Shown one piece after another: positions 21,321 through 32,005 of a stretch of 64,000 nt of DNA. A model generated the notes under the pieces. The model searched no databases, had not been told where the DNA came from, and saw nothing but the letters and a program-made list of their open reading frames with translations. Source of the DNA: Escherichia coli (GTDB taxonomy: Bacteria; Pseudomonadota; Gammaproteobacteria; Enterobacterales; Enterobacteriaceae); NCBI RefSeq assembly GCF_016026235.1, contig NZ_CP065613.1; one strand, 5' to 3'. The translations under genes and the position numbers were made by a program. Numbering within the stretch: the stretch's first letter is position 1; every line of letters begins with the position of its first letter.

Positions 21321-21355
21321 AGCCCCGACAATAAAACTTGCCGGGGCTTTTTTTG
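21321..21355 (+). terminator. plus-strand-oriented Rho-independent terminator in the glcB-glcA intergenic region
   Basis: agccccg / 13-nt loop / cggggct followed by ttttttt on the plus strand; no annotated plus-strand gene upstream. Confidence 0.4.
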
Positions 21356-21361
21356 ACGCTA

Positions 21362-23533
21362 TTAATGACTTTCTTTTTCGCGTAAACGCCAGGCGTGTAA
21401 TAACGGTTCGGTATAGCCGTTTGGCTGTTTCACGCCGAGGAAGATCAAATCGCTGGCAGCTTTAAAAGCACACGAGTTAGCGAAATTCCCCGCCATCGGA
21501 CGATAAGCCGGATCGTCAGCGTTTTGCTGATCAACCACTTTCGCCATATTCTCCAGCGACGCCTGCACCTGTTCTTTGGTCAGAATACCGTGACGTAACC
21601 AGTTGGCGATATGCTGGCTGGAGATACGCAGCGTTGCGCGGTCTTCCATCAGCGCCACATTGTGAATATCCGGCACTTTTGAACAACCAATCCCCTGCTC
21701 CACCCAGCGCACCACGTACCCCAGAATCCCCTGCACGTTGTTATCCAGCTCTTGTTGGATCTCTTCCACCGACCAGTTAGCATTTTCAGCCACCGGAATA
21801 GTCAGCAGATCGTCCAGCAGCGGTTCAAATTCAGCATTGAACTCGGTCTGGGCAATGTTGGCTTGCACGCTCTGTACGTTGGTTTGGTGGTAGTGCAGCG
21901 CATGGAGCGTAGCAGCGGTTGGTGACGGAACCCAGGCTGTGTTTGCCCCTGCACGCAGTTGGTCGCCCTTCTGGCTGTACATGTCTGCCATCAGGTCCGG
22001 CATTGCCCACATGCCTTTACCGATTTGCGCTTTACCGCGCAGCCCACAGAACAGGCCGGAAAGCACGTTATTACGTTCGTAGGCTTTGATCCAAGGCGTC
22101 GATTTCATCTGGTTTTTACGCAGCATCGGGCCAGCTTCCATCACCGAATGCATTTCATCGCCGGTACGGTCGAGGAAACCGGTATTGATGAACGCCACGC
22201 GGTTGCGCGCCTGAGCGATACAGCTACGCAAGTTCAGCGAGGTCCGACGTTCTTCATCCATAATGCCCATTTTCAGGGTATTCGGTGCCATACCGAGCAT
22301 TGTCTCAATGCGGGTAAACAGTTTGTTGGCGAACGCCACTTCCTGCGGACCGTGCATTTTCGGTTTCACAATATAGACGCTGCCAGTGCGCGAGTTTTTC
22401 TGCACTTTTAAATCATAGAGGGCAATCGCGCCAGTCATGACGCCATCAAGAATGCCTTCCGGGATTTCATTGCCTTCGCTGTCCCAAATCACAGGAATGG
22501 TCATCAAATGACCCACGTTGCGGATAAACAGCAACGAGCGTCCGTGCAGAGAAATTTCAGAGCCATCGGCGGCGGTGTACTGACGATCATCATTCAGTTT
22601 ACGCACGATTTGCCGACCGTTTTTCTCCATTTTCTCTTGCAGAGTCCCCTGCATCAGGCCCAGCAGATTGCGGTACAGCAGGATTTTATCTTCCGCATCA
22701 ACCGCCGCGACCGAATCTTCGCAGTCGAGAATGGTACTGATGGCCGCTTCGACGATAACATCGTTGATGTGCGCCGGATCGTCTTTGCCAATCCGCCCGT
22801 TGGCATCAATTTGCAGTTCAATATGCAGGCCGTTATTTTTCAGCAAAATGCAGGTCAGCGCAGCGGCATCGCCACGGTAACCGACAAACTGCGCCGGGGT
22901 ACGTAACGTGGTTTCTTTACCATTTTTCAACTGGATGCGTAATTGTTTATCGACCACCTTAAACGCCACCACATCCTGATAGCTGCCGTTTTCCAGCGGT
23001 AGAGATTCATCGAGGAAACGCCGAACCCAGGCGATAACCTGCTCACCGCGTTGCGGATCGTAGCCGCTGACCATCGCCCCTTCCTGCGGGATGATGTCGC
23101 TGCCGTATAACGCATCGTACAGTGAGCCCCAGCGAGCGTTCGCCGCGTTCAGCGCGTAGCGGGCGTTCATTGCCGGAACCACCAGCTGTGGCCCCGCCTG
23201 GCTGGTGATTTCGCTGTCGATGCCCGTGGTTTCCACCGTCACGCGCTCCGGTTGCGGCACCAGGTAGCCCAGTTCACGCAGGAAAGATTTATAGGCCGCT
23301 TTATCTTTTACCGGCCCCGGATTACTGCGATGCCACTCATCAAGCGCCGCCTGAATGCGATCGCGCTCTGCCAGCAACTGACGATTTTCTGGTGCCAGAT
23401 CGTGAACGATCTCATCAACATTGTGCCAGAATGCGGCAGCGTCCAGTTCCACGCCCGGCAAAACTTCTTCATCCACAAAACGTTTAAAATTGGCGTCAAT
23501 GCGTAAACGGCCCTGGGTTATGGTTTGACTCAT
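21362..23533 (-). CDS. glcB: malate synthase G
   Basis: 723 aa matching recalled GlcB (N-terminus [27 protein letters not shown]). Confidence 0.9.
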   Translation of the reverse strand: MSQTITQGRLRIDANFKRFVDEEVLPGVELDAAAFWHNVDEIVHDLAPENRQLLAERDRIQAALDEWHRSNPGPVKDKAAYKSFLRELGYLVPQPERVTVETTGIDSEITSQAGPQLVVPAMNARYALNAANARWGSLYDALYGSDIIPQEGAMVSGYDPQRGEQVIAWVRRFLDESLPLENGSYQDVVAFKVVDKQLRIQLKNGKETTLRTPAQFVGYRGDAAALTCILLKNNGLHIELQIDANGRIGKDDPAHINDVIVEAAISTILDCEDSVAAVDAEDKILLYRNLLGLMQGTLQEKMEKNGRQIVRKLNDDRQYTAADGSEISLHGRSLLFIRNVGHLMTIPVIWDSEGNEIPEGILDGVMTGAIALYDLKVQKNSRTGSVYIVKPKMHGPQEVAFANKLFTRIETMLGMAPNTLKMGIMDEERRTSLNLRSCIAQARNRVAFINTGFLDRTGDEMHSVMEAGPMLRKNQMKSTPWIKAYERNNVLSGLFCGLRGKAQIGKGMWAMPDLMADMYSQKGDQLRAGANTAWVPSPTAATLHALHYHQTNVQSVQANIAQTEFNAEFEPLLDDLLTIPVAENANWSVEEIQQELDNNVQGILGYVVRWVEQGIGCSKVPDIHNVALMEDRATLRISSQHIANWLRHGILTKEQVQASLENMAKVVDQQNADDPAYRPMAGNFANSCAFKAASDLIFLGVKQPNGYTEPLLHAWRLREKESH

Positions 23534-23554
23534 TGTTTATCTCCTCGTTTTCGC

Positions 23555-23959
23555 TTATTTCGCCAACACCGCTGCTGCCGCTTTCGCGACCTGCGCATCC
23601 TGTGCTCCGGTTAAACCAGAAACGCCCACGGCACCAATAATTTGCCCATCAACAACAACCGGTACGCCGCCTTCCAGCGACGTTAATAACGGCGCAGTCA
23701 CGAACGCGGTACGTCCGTTGTTCACCATCTCTTCATAGCCCTTAGTTTCACGACGCCCCAGCGCGGCGGTACGCGCTTTCTCCTGGGAGATGTAAGCCGC
23801 AATCGGCGCGCAATCGTCCATGCGACTTAACGCCAGCAGATGACCGCCGTCATCGGCAACAGCAATGGAAACAGACCAGTTATTTTTCTGCGCCTCTTCC
23901 TGACCTGCGGCAATAATTGCACTCGCCATTTGCTGGCTAAGAATGACTTTAGTTTTCAT
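23555..23959 (-). CDS. glcG: GlcG protein
   Basis: Small ORF between glcF and glcB; start placed at the internal Met (track ORF runs to 23977). Confidence 0.75.
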   Translation of the reverse strand: MKTKVILSQQMASAIIAAGQEEAQKNNWSVSIAVADDGGHLLALSRMDDCAPIAAYISQEKARTAALGRRETKGYEEMVNNGRTAFVTAPLLTSLEGGVPVVVDGQIIGAVGVSGLTGAQDAQVAKAAAAVLAK

Positions 23960-23963
23960 TTTT

Positions 23964-25187
23964 TTATTCCTTTTCAAGGGCTTGTTCTACAATTTCAATC
24001 CAGTGACGCACAGAGGTACGACCGGCGCTCGCCAGATGCGTCTGGCAACCAATGTTGGCGGTGACGATCATTTCCGGTTTGCCGCTTTCCAGCGCATTCA
24101 TTTTGTTATCCCGCAGCTGGCGTGCCAGATCGGGATGCGTTAACGCATATGTTCCTGCTGAACCGCAGCACAGATGGCTGTCGGGAACGTCCGTTAAGGT
24201 AAATCCAAGACGAAGCAACACTTTTTCCACTTCGCCGTTCAGCTTTTGCGCATGTTGTAGGGTACACGGGCAGTGGAAGGCCAGTTTTTTATCGCCGCGA
24301 ATTGCCAGTTTTTCCAGCGGTTCCTCGCGCAGAAGCTCGACTAAATCGACCGCCAGTTCACTGACTTGACGCGCTTTATCGGCATATAACGCATCGTTTT
24401 TCAGCATCTGCCCATACTCTTTGACAAACGCGCCGCAACCGCTGGCGGTTTGCAAAATTGCCTCGGCACCTGCTTCAATCGCGGGCCACCAGGCATCAAT
24501 ATTATTGCGCGCCCGTGCCAGCCCTTTCTCCTGCGCATTAAGATGATAGTCCACCGCGCCACAACAGCCTGCTTCGTTAGCTGGCATGACGCTGATCCCC
24601 AGACGATCCAGCACTCGCGCAGTTGCCGCGTTGGTGTTGGGCGAAAGCGTAGGCTGGGCGCAGCCTTCCAGCATTAAAACCCGACGCTTATGGCGCAGCG
24701 GCGGACGCGGTTTAGCTTTCACCGTTTCAGCAGGCAGTTTTGCTCTGACCTGTTCCGGTAAAAACGGTCGCAGCACCAGCCCTACCTGCGTCAGCGCACG
24801 GAAGACCGCCGGACGCGGCACTACCTGGCGCAATCCTTCGCGCAGTATTCGCTCCGGCAGTGGGCGTTTTACTTTCTGCTCGACAATATCACGCCCGATA
24901 TCCAGCAAATTGTGATAGCGCACACCAGAAGGACAGGTGGTTTCACAATTGCGGCAAGTGAGGCAGCGATCGAGATGCTCCTGTGTTTTAAGCGTGACTT
25001 CGTTGCCTTCCAGCACCTGTTTAATCAGATAGATGCGCCCGCGCGGCCCGTCCAGTTCATCGCCCAGAAGCTGATAGGTTGGGCAGGTTGCGGTACAAAA
25101 TCCGCAGTGAACACAGGCGCGCAGGATGCTGTCGGCTTCCAGCGCGCGCGCGTTCTGCCGCATCTCTTCAGTTAATTGGGTTTGCAT
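23964..25187 (-). CDS. glcF: glycolate oxidase iron-sulfur subunit
   Basis: Two CxxCxxCxxxCP clusters; start placed at MQTQLTEEMRQ, which has a Shine-Dalgarno (gaggag) upstream. The track ORF carries a 49-codon N-terminal extension. Confidence 0.85.
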   Translation of the reverse strand: MQTQLTEEMRQNARALEADSILRACVHCGFCTATCPTYQLLGDELDGPRGRIYLIKQVLEGNEVTLKTQEHLDRCLTCRNCETTCPSGVRYHNLLDIGRDIVEQKVKRPLPERILREGLRQVVPRPAVFRALTQVGLVLRPFLPEQVRAKLPAETVKAKPRPPLRHKRRVLMLEGCAQPTLSPNTNAATARVLDRLGISVMPANEAGCCGAVDYHLNAQEKGLARARNNIDAWWPAIEAGAEAILQTASGCGAFVKEYGQMLKNDALYADKARQVSELAVDLVELLREEPLEKLAIRGDKKLAFHCPCTLQHAQKLNGEVEKVLLRLGFTLTDVPDSHLCCGSAGTYALTHPDLARQLRDNKMNALESGKPEMIVTANIGCQTHLASAGRTSVRHWIEIVEQALEKE

Positions 25188-25197
25188 AGCCTGCTCC

Positions 25198-26250
25198 TCA
25201 AAGTTCCGCGTACATGCGACCGGGGTTAAACACGCCGCAAGGGTCGAGCTGCTGTTTAAGCTGCTGGTGATAGCGGAATAAAGGAGCCGATAGCGGGGCA
25301 AAGCCACCATCTCCGGCACTAAAGCGGGTCGCATGACCGCCAGCGTTGCGGGCGATGCGATGGATTTGATTGTCCTCGGCTGTCGATTTCAGCCAGCGTA
25401 ACGCCCCGCCCCAGTCGATCAGTTGCTCGCTGGGTAAATCCATCATCGGCGCATCGCTGGGTAATGAAATGCGCCATAAGGTACCTGGTAACGAGAAGAA
25501 CGGCAGTTGTTGTTCACGCAATTGCTGCCAGAACTGACCCGCCACCTCTTCGCCACCCAGCAGTTCACGCGCTGCTTTTACCGATCCTTCGCCGCCCTCA
25601 AGGCGGATCCACAACGCATTGTCGAAGTAACATAAGCCACTAATGGGTAATGGCTGGAGTTGCCACTCGGCGATTTCACTCATGGCTTCTTGCAGGCTGA
25701 TTTCCCGACGCAGGCTCAGGGAGGCGCGCGGTCGCGGTAACACTTTCATTGAGATTTCAGTGAGCACGCCAAGACAACCGTAGCTTCCGGCCATTAACCG
25801 TGAGAGATCGTATCCGGCAACGTTTTTCATCACTTCGCCACCAAAACGCAGATGTTTTCCAGTGCCGGTAATGATGCGCGTGCCGAGGACAAAATCGCGG
25901 ACCGAACCGCTCCACGGGCGACGCGGCCCCGCCAGCCCGCAGGCGACCATCCCGCCCCAGGTGGCTTCTTCACCATAATGCGGCGGCTCGCAGGGAAGCA
26001 TTTGTCCGGCGCTCTCCAGCGCCGCTTCAATCGCCACCAGCGGCGTTCCGGCACGAGCGGTTATCACCAGCTCGGTCGGGTCGTAATTAACAATGCCGCG
26101 ATGACAACGCACATCCAGCGTTTGCCCGGTGACTGGGCGACCTAAAAAGGCTTTGCTATTGCTGCCCTGAATCACCAGCGGCGTTTTATCGCTAATTGCC
26201 TGATTCACCTGCTCCAGCAGCGCCTGACTGTAATCACACTCGCGTAGCAT
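25198..26250 (-). CDS. glcE: glycolate oxidase FAD-binding subunit
   Basis: 350 aa; start overlaps the glcD stop by 1 nt. Confidence 0.85.
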   Translation of the reverse strand: MLRECDYSQALLEQVNQAISDKTPLVIQGSNSKAFLGRPVTGQTLDVRCHRGIVNYDPTELVITARAGTPLVAIEAALESAGQMLPCEPPHYGEEATWGGMVACGLAGPRRPWSGSVRDFVLGTRIITGTGKHLRFGGEVMKNVAGYDLSRLMAGSYGCLGVLTEISMKVLPRPRASLSLRREISLQEAMSEIAEWQLQPLPISGLCYFDNALWIRLEGGEGSVKAARELLGGEEVAGQFWQQLREQQLPFFSLPGTLWRISLPSDAPMMDLPSEQLIDWGGALRWLKSTAEDNQIHRIARNAGGHATRFSAGDGGFAPLSAPLFRYHQQLKQQLDPCGVFNPGRMYAEL

Positions 26251-27749
26251 CAGAAGCGCTCCAGTTCAGGAAAAGGTAAATGACCGTGATGCACATGCAT
26301 GGCACCAAATTCAGCACAGCGGTGTAGCGTGGGAATGTTTTTCCCAGGGTTCAGCAAACCATCGGGGTCAAACGCCGCCTTGACCGCATGGAAGGTCGTG
26401 ATTTCACCGCTGTTGAACTGGGCGCACATTTGATTGATTTTTTCTCGCCCGATGCCATGTTCCCCACTGATGCTGCCGCCAACTTCAACGCAGAGTTCGA
26501 GGATCTTCCCGCCCAGCTCTTCCGCGCGGGCAAATTCACCGGGTTCGTTGGCATCGAAAAGGATTAACGGGTGCATGTTGCCATCTCCGGCATGAAAGAC
26601 GTTGGCAACACGTAAATCATATTGCTGCGATAAACGGGCAATGCCTTCCAGTACGCCAGGCAGGGCATGGCGCGGGATGGTGCCATCCATGCAGTAGTAA
26701 TCCGGGGAGATACGTCCTACCGCTGGGAACGCATTTTTGCGACCGGCCCAGAAACGTACGCGCTCTGCTTCGTCCTGTGCCAGACGGACGTCAGTCGCGC
26801 CCGCTTTCAACAAGATGTCGTTGACCCGCTCGCAGTCTTCCTGTACGTCAGACTCCACGCCGTCCAGCTCGCATAACAAAATCGCTTCGGCGTCGACGGG
26901 ATAACCGGCATGAATAAAATCTTCCGCCGCGCGGATCGACAGGTTATCCATCATCTCCAGCCCGCCGGGGATAATGCCATTGGCGATGATGTCACCAACC
27001 GCAAGTCCGGCTTTTTCTACCGAGTCAAAGCTTGCTAACAGAACCCGCGCCACGGGCGGCTTCGGCAGCAGTTTTACCGTCACTTCGGTGGTCACGCCGA
27101 GCATACCTTCCGATCCGGTGAACAACGCCAGCAGGTCAAAACCAGGCGAATCCAGCGCATCCGATCCCAGCGTCAGTGCCTCGCCATCCAGCGTTTGCAC
27201 TTCAATTTTCAGCAGGTTATGTACGGTCAGACCATATTTCAGGCAGTGGACGCCGCCGGCATTTTCTGCCACGTTGCCGCCAATGGAACAGGCGATTTGT
27301 GAGGAAGGGTCCGGTGCGTAGTAGAGATTATGCGGTGCAACGGCCTGGGAGATCGCCAGGTTACGCACGCCTGGCTGCACGCGCGCGCGGCGACCAACGG
27401 GGTTAATGTCGAGGATCTTTTTAAAGCGCGCCATCACCAACAACACACCTTTTTCCAGCGGCAGCGCGCCACCAGAAAGCCCGGTGCCTGCACCACGGGT
27501 CACCACCGGTACACGCAGGCGATGGCAGACAGCCAGAATCGCTGTCACCTGTTCCATTTGCTTAGGCAGAACAACCAGTAATGGACGCGTGCGATACGCG
27601 CTCAACCCGTCACACTCGTAAGGAATGATCTCCTCATCGGTATGCAGGATCTCAAGTCCAGGGACATGCTCACGCAGTGCCATCAGTACCGATGTGCGGT
27701 CGACATCGGGTAAAGCGCCATCAAGACGCTCTTCGTACAAGATGCTCAT
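26250..27749 (-). CDS. glcD: glycolate oxidase subunit GlcD
   Basis: 499-aa FAD-linked oxidase, first gene of the operon. Confidence 0.9.
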   Translation of the reverse strand: MSILYEERLDGALPDVDRTSVLMALREHVPGLEILHTDEEIIPYECDGLSAYRTRPLLVVLPKQMEQVTAILAVCHRLRVPVVTRGAGTGLSGGALPLEKGVLLVMARFKKILDINPVGRRARVQPGVRNLAISQAVAPHNLYYAPDPSSQIACSIGGNVAENAGGVHCLKYGLTVHNLLKIEVQTLDGEALTLGSDALDSPGFDLLALFTGSEGMLGVTTEVTVKLLPKPPVARVLLASFDSVEKAGLAVGDIIANGIIPGGLEMMDNLSIRAAEDFIHAGYPVDAEAILLCELDGVESDVQEDCERVNDILLKAGATDVRLAQDEAERVRFWAGRKNAFPAVGRISPDYYCMDGTIPRHALPGVLEGIARLSQQYDLRVANVFHAGDGNMHPLILFDANEPGEFARAEELGGKILELCVEVGGSISGEHGIGREKINQMCAQFNSGEITTFHAVKAAFDPDGLLNPGKNIPTLHRCAEFGAMHVHHGHLPFPELERF

Positions 27750-27999
27750 GAGTAGGCTTCGCTTTGTTATGTTGTGTGGCAGCTGATTTTTGCGCGCTGC
27801 TTCTGTGAACAGTTATTAAGCGGGCTTTTCGTTTTCGTCTATCTCTTTAGCTACCGGTCAGACCATTTTTTTTCCAGCTCTGTGACCTTGTCTTGGTTAA
27901 GTTAATGTTAAATTTATGTAACATAATCACTTGCGTGATGTGCGTGTTTTGCGAGTTAAGAACAGAAAAATTGGTCCTACCTGTGCACGAGGTCTGGGA
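27750..27999. promoter_or_regulatory. divergent glcD / glcC promoter-operator region
   Basis: Non-coding spacer between divergently oriented glcD and glcC; individual sites not resolved. Confidence 0.4.
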
Positions 28000-28764
28000 A
28001 TGAAAGATGAACGTCGCCCTATTTGCGAAGTGGTTGCAGAGAGTATCGAACGGTTAATTATCGACGGCGTACTGAAGGTCGGTCAGCCGCTTCCCTCGGA
28101 ACGTCGACTGTGTGAAAAGCTCGGCTTCTCACGCTCCGCACTGCGTGAAGGGCTGACCGTGCTGCGCGGGCGCGGGATTATTGAAACGGCGCAGGGTCGC
28201 GATTCTCGTGTCGCACGGCTTAATCGGGTGCAGGACACCAGCCCGCTAATTCATCTGTTCAGCACGCAGCCGCGAACGCTGTACGATCTGCTTGATGTTC
28301 GCGCATTGCTGGAGGGCGAATCGGCAAGGCTGGCGGCAACGCTGGGAACGCAGGCTGATTTTGTTGTGATAACCCGCTGTTATGAAAAAATGCTCGCCGC
28401 CAGTGAGAACAACAAAGAGATTTCGCTGATCGAACATGCGCAGTTGGATCACGCTTTCCATCTCGCCATTTGTCAGGCTTCTCACAATCAGGTGCTGGTG
28501 TTTACGCTGCAATCATTGACCGATCTGATGTTTAATTCAGTGTTTGCCAGCGTAAATAATCTCTACCATCGACCACAGCAAAAAAAGCAGATCGATCGCC
28601 AGCATGCGCGGATCTACAACGCGGTGTTGCAGCGGCTGCCGCACGTCGCCCAGCGCGCAGCACGCGATCATGTGCGGACCGTGAAAAAGAATCTCCACGA
28701 TATCGAGCTGGAAGGCCACCATTTGATTCGCTCGGCGGTGCCGCTGGAGATGAACCAGAGTTAG
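28000..28764 (+). CDS. glcC: GntR/FadR-family transcriptional activator of the glc operon
   Basis: Start at MKDERRPICEVVAESIER; the track ORF begins at an upstream TTG. Confidence 0.85.
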   Translation: MKDERRPICEVVAESIERLIIDGVLKVGQPLPSERRLCEKLGFSRSALREGLTVLRGRGIIETAQGRDSRVARLNRVQDTSPLIHLFSTQPRTLYDLLDVRALLEGESARLAATLGTQADFVVITRCYEKMLAASENNKEISLIEHAQLDHAFHLAICQASHNQVLVFTLQSLTDLMFNSVFASVNNLYHRPQQKKQIDRQHARIYNAVLQRLPHVAQRAARDHVRTVKKNLHDIELEGHHLIRSAVPLEMNQS

Positions 28765-28770
28765 CTGGTA

Positions 28771-29913
28771 TTAAATTTGCTTTTCATACAATCGGTAACG
28801 CTTGTACGGCTCCGCCCCAATGCGTTCCAGCATGTTATTCATGCCTGTATTGGTTTCGAGGATCCATGACATCTCCAGCGCATCGATCTTCCGGCGGGCA
28901 AACGGATCGCGTAAGGCTTCAATCAATAACAGCGCAATCACCGGGCCGATGCGGCTGAACTGATACTCGTCGCGCACGCCCATCAGCGGTACTCGCGCAG
29001 TTCGCACACCGCTGACTTTCAAACGCCACAGCAATTTTGCCCAGCCGAAGGGAAAGAGCGATCCGTTCAGATCGGCAATCGCCTCGTTGATGTTCGGCAA
29101 GCCGACAATAAACGCGCAGGGTGCAGAATCAATCTCAGCGATATAGATCATATCGTCCGGCACCAGATATTTAAGTTGATCGCCCATGGTCGCGAATTCA
29201 TGTTCGGTAAACGGCACAAATCCCCAGTTGTGCTGCCAGCCAGAGTTGAAAATCTCACGCAGGATCTGCATTTCTTCGGCAAACCGCTGACGATTGATGC
29301 AGCGAATGGTCACCTTTTTGCGCACCTGATCCATCAGTTTTTTTAGCGCCGGAGAGAAAGTGAGATCGGTTCGCTGCATCCACCACGCCAGTAAATCAAT
29401 GCCTTTGTGATAACCCAGTTGTTCAATATGCGCGGCATACCACGGTTTGCCGTGTGGCATCATCGCACAGGGTGGTGTGTCAAAACCTTCAATCAGTAAT
29501 CCGCTTTCCTGATTGATATTCAGGCTGAAAGGACCGCTGATCTTACTTGCACCTTGTGACTTCAACCACGCTTCCGCTGCGCCAAACAACGCGGCAAAAA
29601 CCTGCGGATCATCAATGGCGTCAATCATGCCGAAATGACCGGTATCTTCACCGTAACGCTCACGGTGCAAGGTATCTATTTGCGCGGTAATACGCCCAAC
29701 TATCTGCCCCGCTTTTTTTGCCACCCACGCCTGCCAGATGATATGGTCCGTCCCCGGATTTTTCGCAGACAAATGCTCGTTGCGTTCAATGAATAAAGGG
29801 GGTATCCAGTTTGGATCGTCGGGATAAAGTAATGACGGAAAAGCGATAAATGCCTTAAGGTCATTTTTATTAATTACTTTTTCAATTTTAATCATCAGCA
29901 GATCGCATTCCAT
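28771..29913 (-). CDS. yghO: YghO-family protein, putative GNAT-like N-acyltransferase
   Basis: 380-aa ORF convergent with glcC and divergent from the FAAL operon; the acyltransferase assignment is inferred, not motif-proven. Confidence 0.55.
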   Translation of the reverse strand: MECDLLMIKIEKVINKNDLKAFIAFPSLLYPDDPNWIPPLFIERNEHLSAKNPGTDHIIWQAWVAKKAGQIVGRITAQIDTLHRERYGEDTGHFGMIDAIDDPQVFAALFGAAEAWLKSQGASKISGPFSLNINQESGLLIEGFDTPPCAMMPHGKPWYAAHIEQLGYHKGIDLLAWWMQRTDLTFSPALKKLMDQVRKKVTIRCINRQRFAEEMQILREIFNSGWQHNWGFVPFTEHEFATMGDQLKYLVPDDMIYIAEIDSAPCAFIVGLPNINEAIADLNGSLFPFGWAKLLWRLKVSGVRTARVPLMGVRDEYQFSRIGPVIALLLIEALRDPFARRKIDALEMSWILETNTGMNNMLERIGAEPYKRYRLYEKQI

Positions 29914-30283
29914 AGTTCTGTGGGTAACAAATAATTAACGGTGACAAACAGGTTGCAACAGCAACGAATGGCACCTTAATAATCAACCCAATGAATACAA
30001 ACGACGAATAAATAGTATTTATTAATGATTACGATAAGGTCAAAGACTACACAGAAGCGCCACAATGCCTTTTGTCGATTTAAGGCGACCGGACAAGGCT
30101 TCTTCTTAATATATTCATAAATTAAATATCATTCACAATAAAAACAAAAAACTTAAACTCATTATTTAAATCAATGTTCATTTTCACACCGATGAAAATA
30201 CTATCTCATTTATCTTTTATGCCTATATAATCCACCGCATTATTGTCATTTTATTTTTGATATCCAATTTTTTCGTGGTGTAT
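29914..30283. promoter_or_regulatory. AT-rich divergent promoter region between yghO and the FAAL operon
   Basis: About 370 bp of very AT-rich DNA with A/T tracts between two divergent genes. Confidence 0.35.
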
Positions 30284-32005
30284 ATGTCTAATAAAATCTT
30301 TACGCATTCCCTACCTATGCGCTATGCCGATTTTCCAACGCTGGTTGATGCTTTGGACTACGCCGCTCTGAGTAGCGCCGGAATGAATTTTTATGACAGA
30401 CGTTGCCAACTTGAAGATCAACTGGAATATCAGACGTTAAAAACGCGTGCCGAAGCTGGTGCGAAGCGGTTGTTATCGCTGAACCTGAAAAAAGGCGAAC
30501 GCGTGGCGCTGATTGCCGAAACGAGTAGCGGGTTCGTAGAGGCTTTTTTTGCCTGTCAGTATGCTGGCTTAGTCGCCGTCCCGTTGGCGATTCCAATGGG
30601 CGTCGGTCAGCGGGATTCCTGGAGCGCCAAACTCCAGGGTTTACTGGCAAGTTGCCAGCCCGCAGCCATTATCACTGGTGATGAGTGGTTGCCACTGGTC
30701 AATGCCGCGACGCATAACAACCCCGAATTACATGTTTTAAGCCACGCCTGGTTTAAGGCATTACCGGAAGCCGATGTTGCGCTCCAGCGTCCAGTTCCGA
30801 ACGATATCGCCTACCTCCAGTACACCTCCGGCAGCACCCGTTTTCCCCGTGGCGTCATTATCACCCATCGCGAAGTGATGGCTAATCTACGTGCTATAAG
30901 CCACGATGGCATTAAATTACGCCCTGGCGACCGCTGCGTCTCCTGGCTGCCTTTCTACCATGATATGGGACTGGTCGGCTTTCTCCTGACCCCCGTCGCC
31001 ACGCAACTTTCAGTAGATTATTTGCGCACTCAGGATTTTGCCATGCGTCCTTTGCAATGGCTTAAATTGATCAGTAAAAATCGCGGCACCATTTCCGTTG
31101 CGCCGCCGTTTGGCTATGAATTGTGCCAGCGCCGCGTGAATGAAAAAGATCTCGCTGAACTGGATCTTTCCTGCTGGCGCGTCGCTGGTATTGGTGCAGA
31201 ACCCATCTCCGCAGAACAACTCCATCAATTCGCTGAATGTTTCCGTCAGGTTAACTTTGACAATAAAACTTTCATGCCGTGCTACGGACTGGCAGAAAAT
31301 GCGCTGGCTGTCAGCTTCTCTGATGAAGCCTCCGGGGTTGTGGTTAACGAAGTGGATCGCGACATCCTCGAATATCAGGGTAAAGCCGTCGCGCCGGGTG
31401 CAGAGACACGCGCCGTATCGACTTTCGTCAACTGCGGCAAAGCGTTGCCGGAACATGGTATTGAAATCCGCAATGAAGCAGGTATGCCGGTCGCGGAACG
31501 TGTGGTAGGCCATATTTGCATCTCCGGTCCCAGTCTGATGAGCGGTTACTTTGGCGACCAGGCTTCGCAAGACGAGATTGCCGCGACGGGCTGGTTAGAC
31601 ACCGGCGACCTCGGTTATCTGCTGGACGGTTATCTGTATGTCACCGGACGCATTAAAGATCTGATTATTATTCGTGGCCGTAATATCTGGCCGCAGGATA
31701 TTGAATATATTGCGGAACAGGAACCGGAAATTCATTCTGGCGATGCGATTGCTTTTGTTACCGCCCAGGAAAAAATCATTTTGCAGATCCAGTGTCGGAT
31801 CAGCGATGAAGAACGTCGCGGACAGCTTATCCACGCGCTGGCAGCACGGATCCAAAGCGAATTTGGCGTAACAGCGGCTATCGATCTGTTGCCGCCCCAC
31901 AGCATTCCCCGAACGTCCTCCGGCAAGCCTGCCCGTGCGGAAGCGAAAAAACGTTATCAGAAGGCTTATGCTGCAAGCCTTCATGTGCAGGAATCCCTGG
32001 CATGA
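30284..32005 (+). CDS. fatty-acyl-AMP ligase / acyl-ACP synthetase-like adenylating enzyme
   Basis: Adenylation motifs YLQYTSGSTRFPRGV and GWLDTGDLGYL; about 573 aa from the internal ATG (track ORF starts at TTG 30257). Confidence 0.75.
   Translation: MSNKIFTHSLPMRYADFPTLVDALDYAALSSAGMNFYDRRCQLEDQLEYQTLKTRAEAGAKRLLSLNLKKGERVALIAETSSGFVEAFFACQYAGLVAVPLAIPMGVGQRDSWSAKLQGLLASCQPAAIITGDEWLPLVNAATHNNPELHVLSHAWFKALPEADVALQRPVPNDIAYLQYTSGSTRFPRGVIITHREVMANLRAISHDGIKLRPGDRCVSWLPFYHDMGLVGFLLTPVATQLSVDYLRTQDFAMRPLQWLKLISKNRGTISVAPPFGYELCQRRVNEKDLAELDLSCWRVAGIGAEPISAEQLHQFAECFRQVNFDNKTFMPCYGLAENALAVSFSDEASGVVVNEVDRDILEYQGKAVAPGAETRAVSTFVNCGKALPEHGIEIRNEAGMPVAERVVGHICISGPSLMSGYFGDQASQDEIAATGWLDTGDLGYLLDGYLYVTGRIKDLIIIRGRNIWPQDIEYIAEQEPEIHSGDAIAFVTAQEKIILQIQCRISDEERRGQLIHALAARIQSEFGVTAAIDLLPPHSIPRTSSGKPARAEAKKRYQKAYAASLHVQESLA

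Noticed and set aside
23964-25334. N-terminally extended track ORFs as the true gene starts (glcF 456 aa; likewise metC 440 aa, yqhC 375 aa, hybF, hybE, yghU, glcC, yqhD)
   Set aside because: Internal Met codons match the known protein N-termini and, where checked, have better ribosome-binding context; the extensions are in-frame read-through of upstream sequence.
28765-30283. Insertion sequence near yghO (an IS5 disruption was expected from memory of K-12)
   Set aside because: No transposase ORF or terminal inverted repeats are present; yghO is an uninterrupted 380-aa frame in this window.
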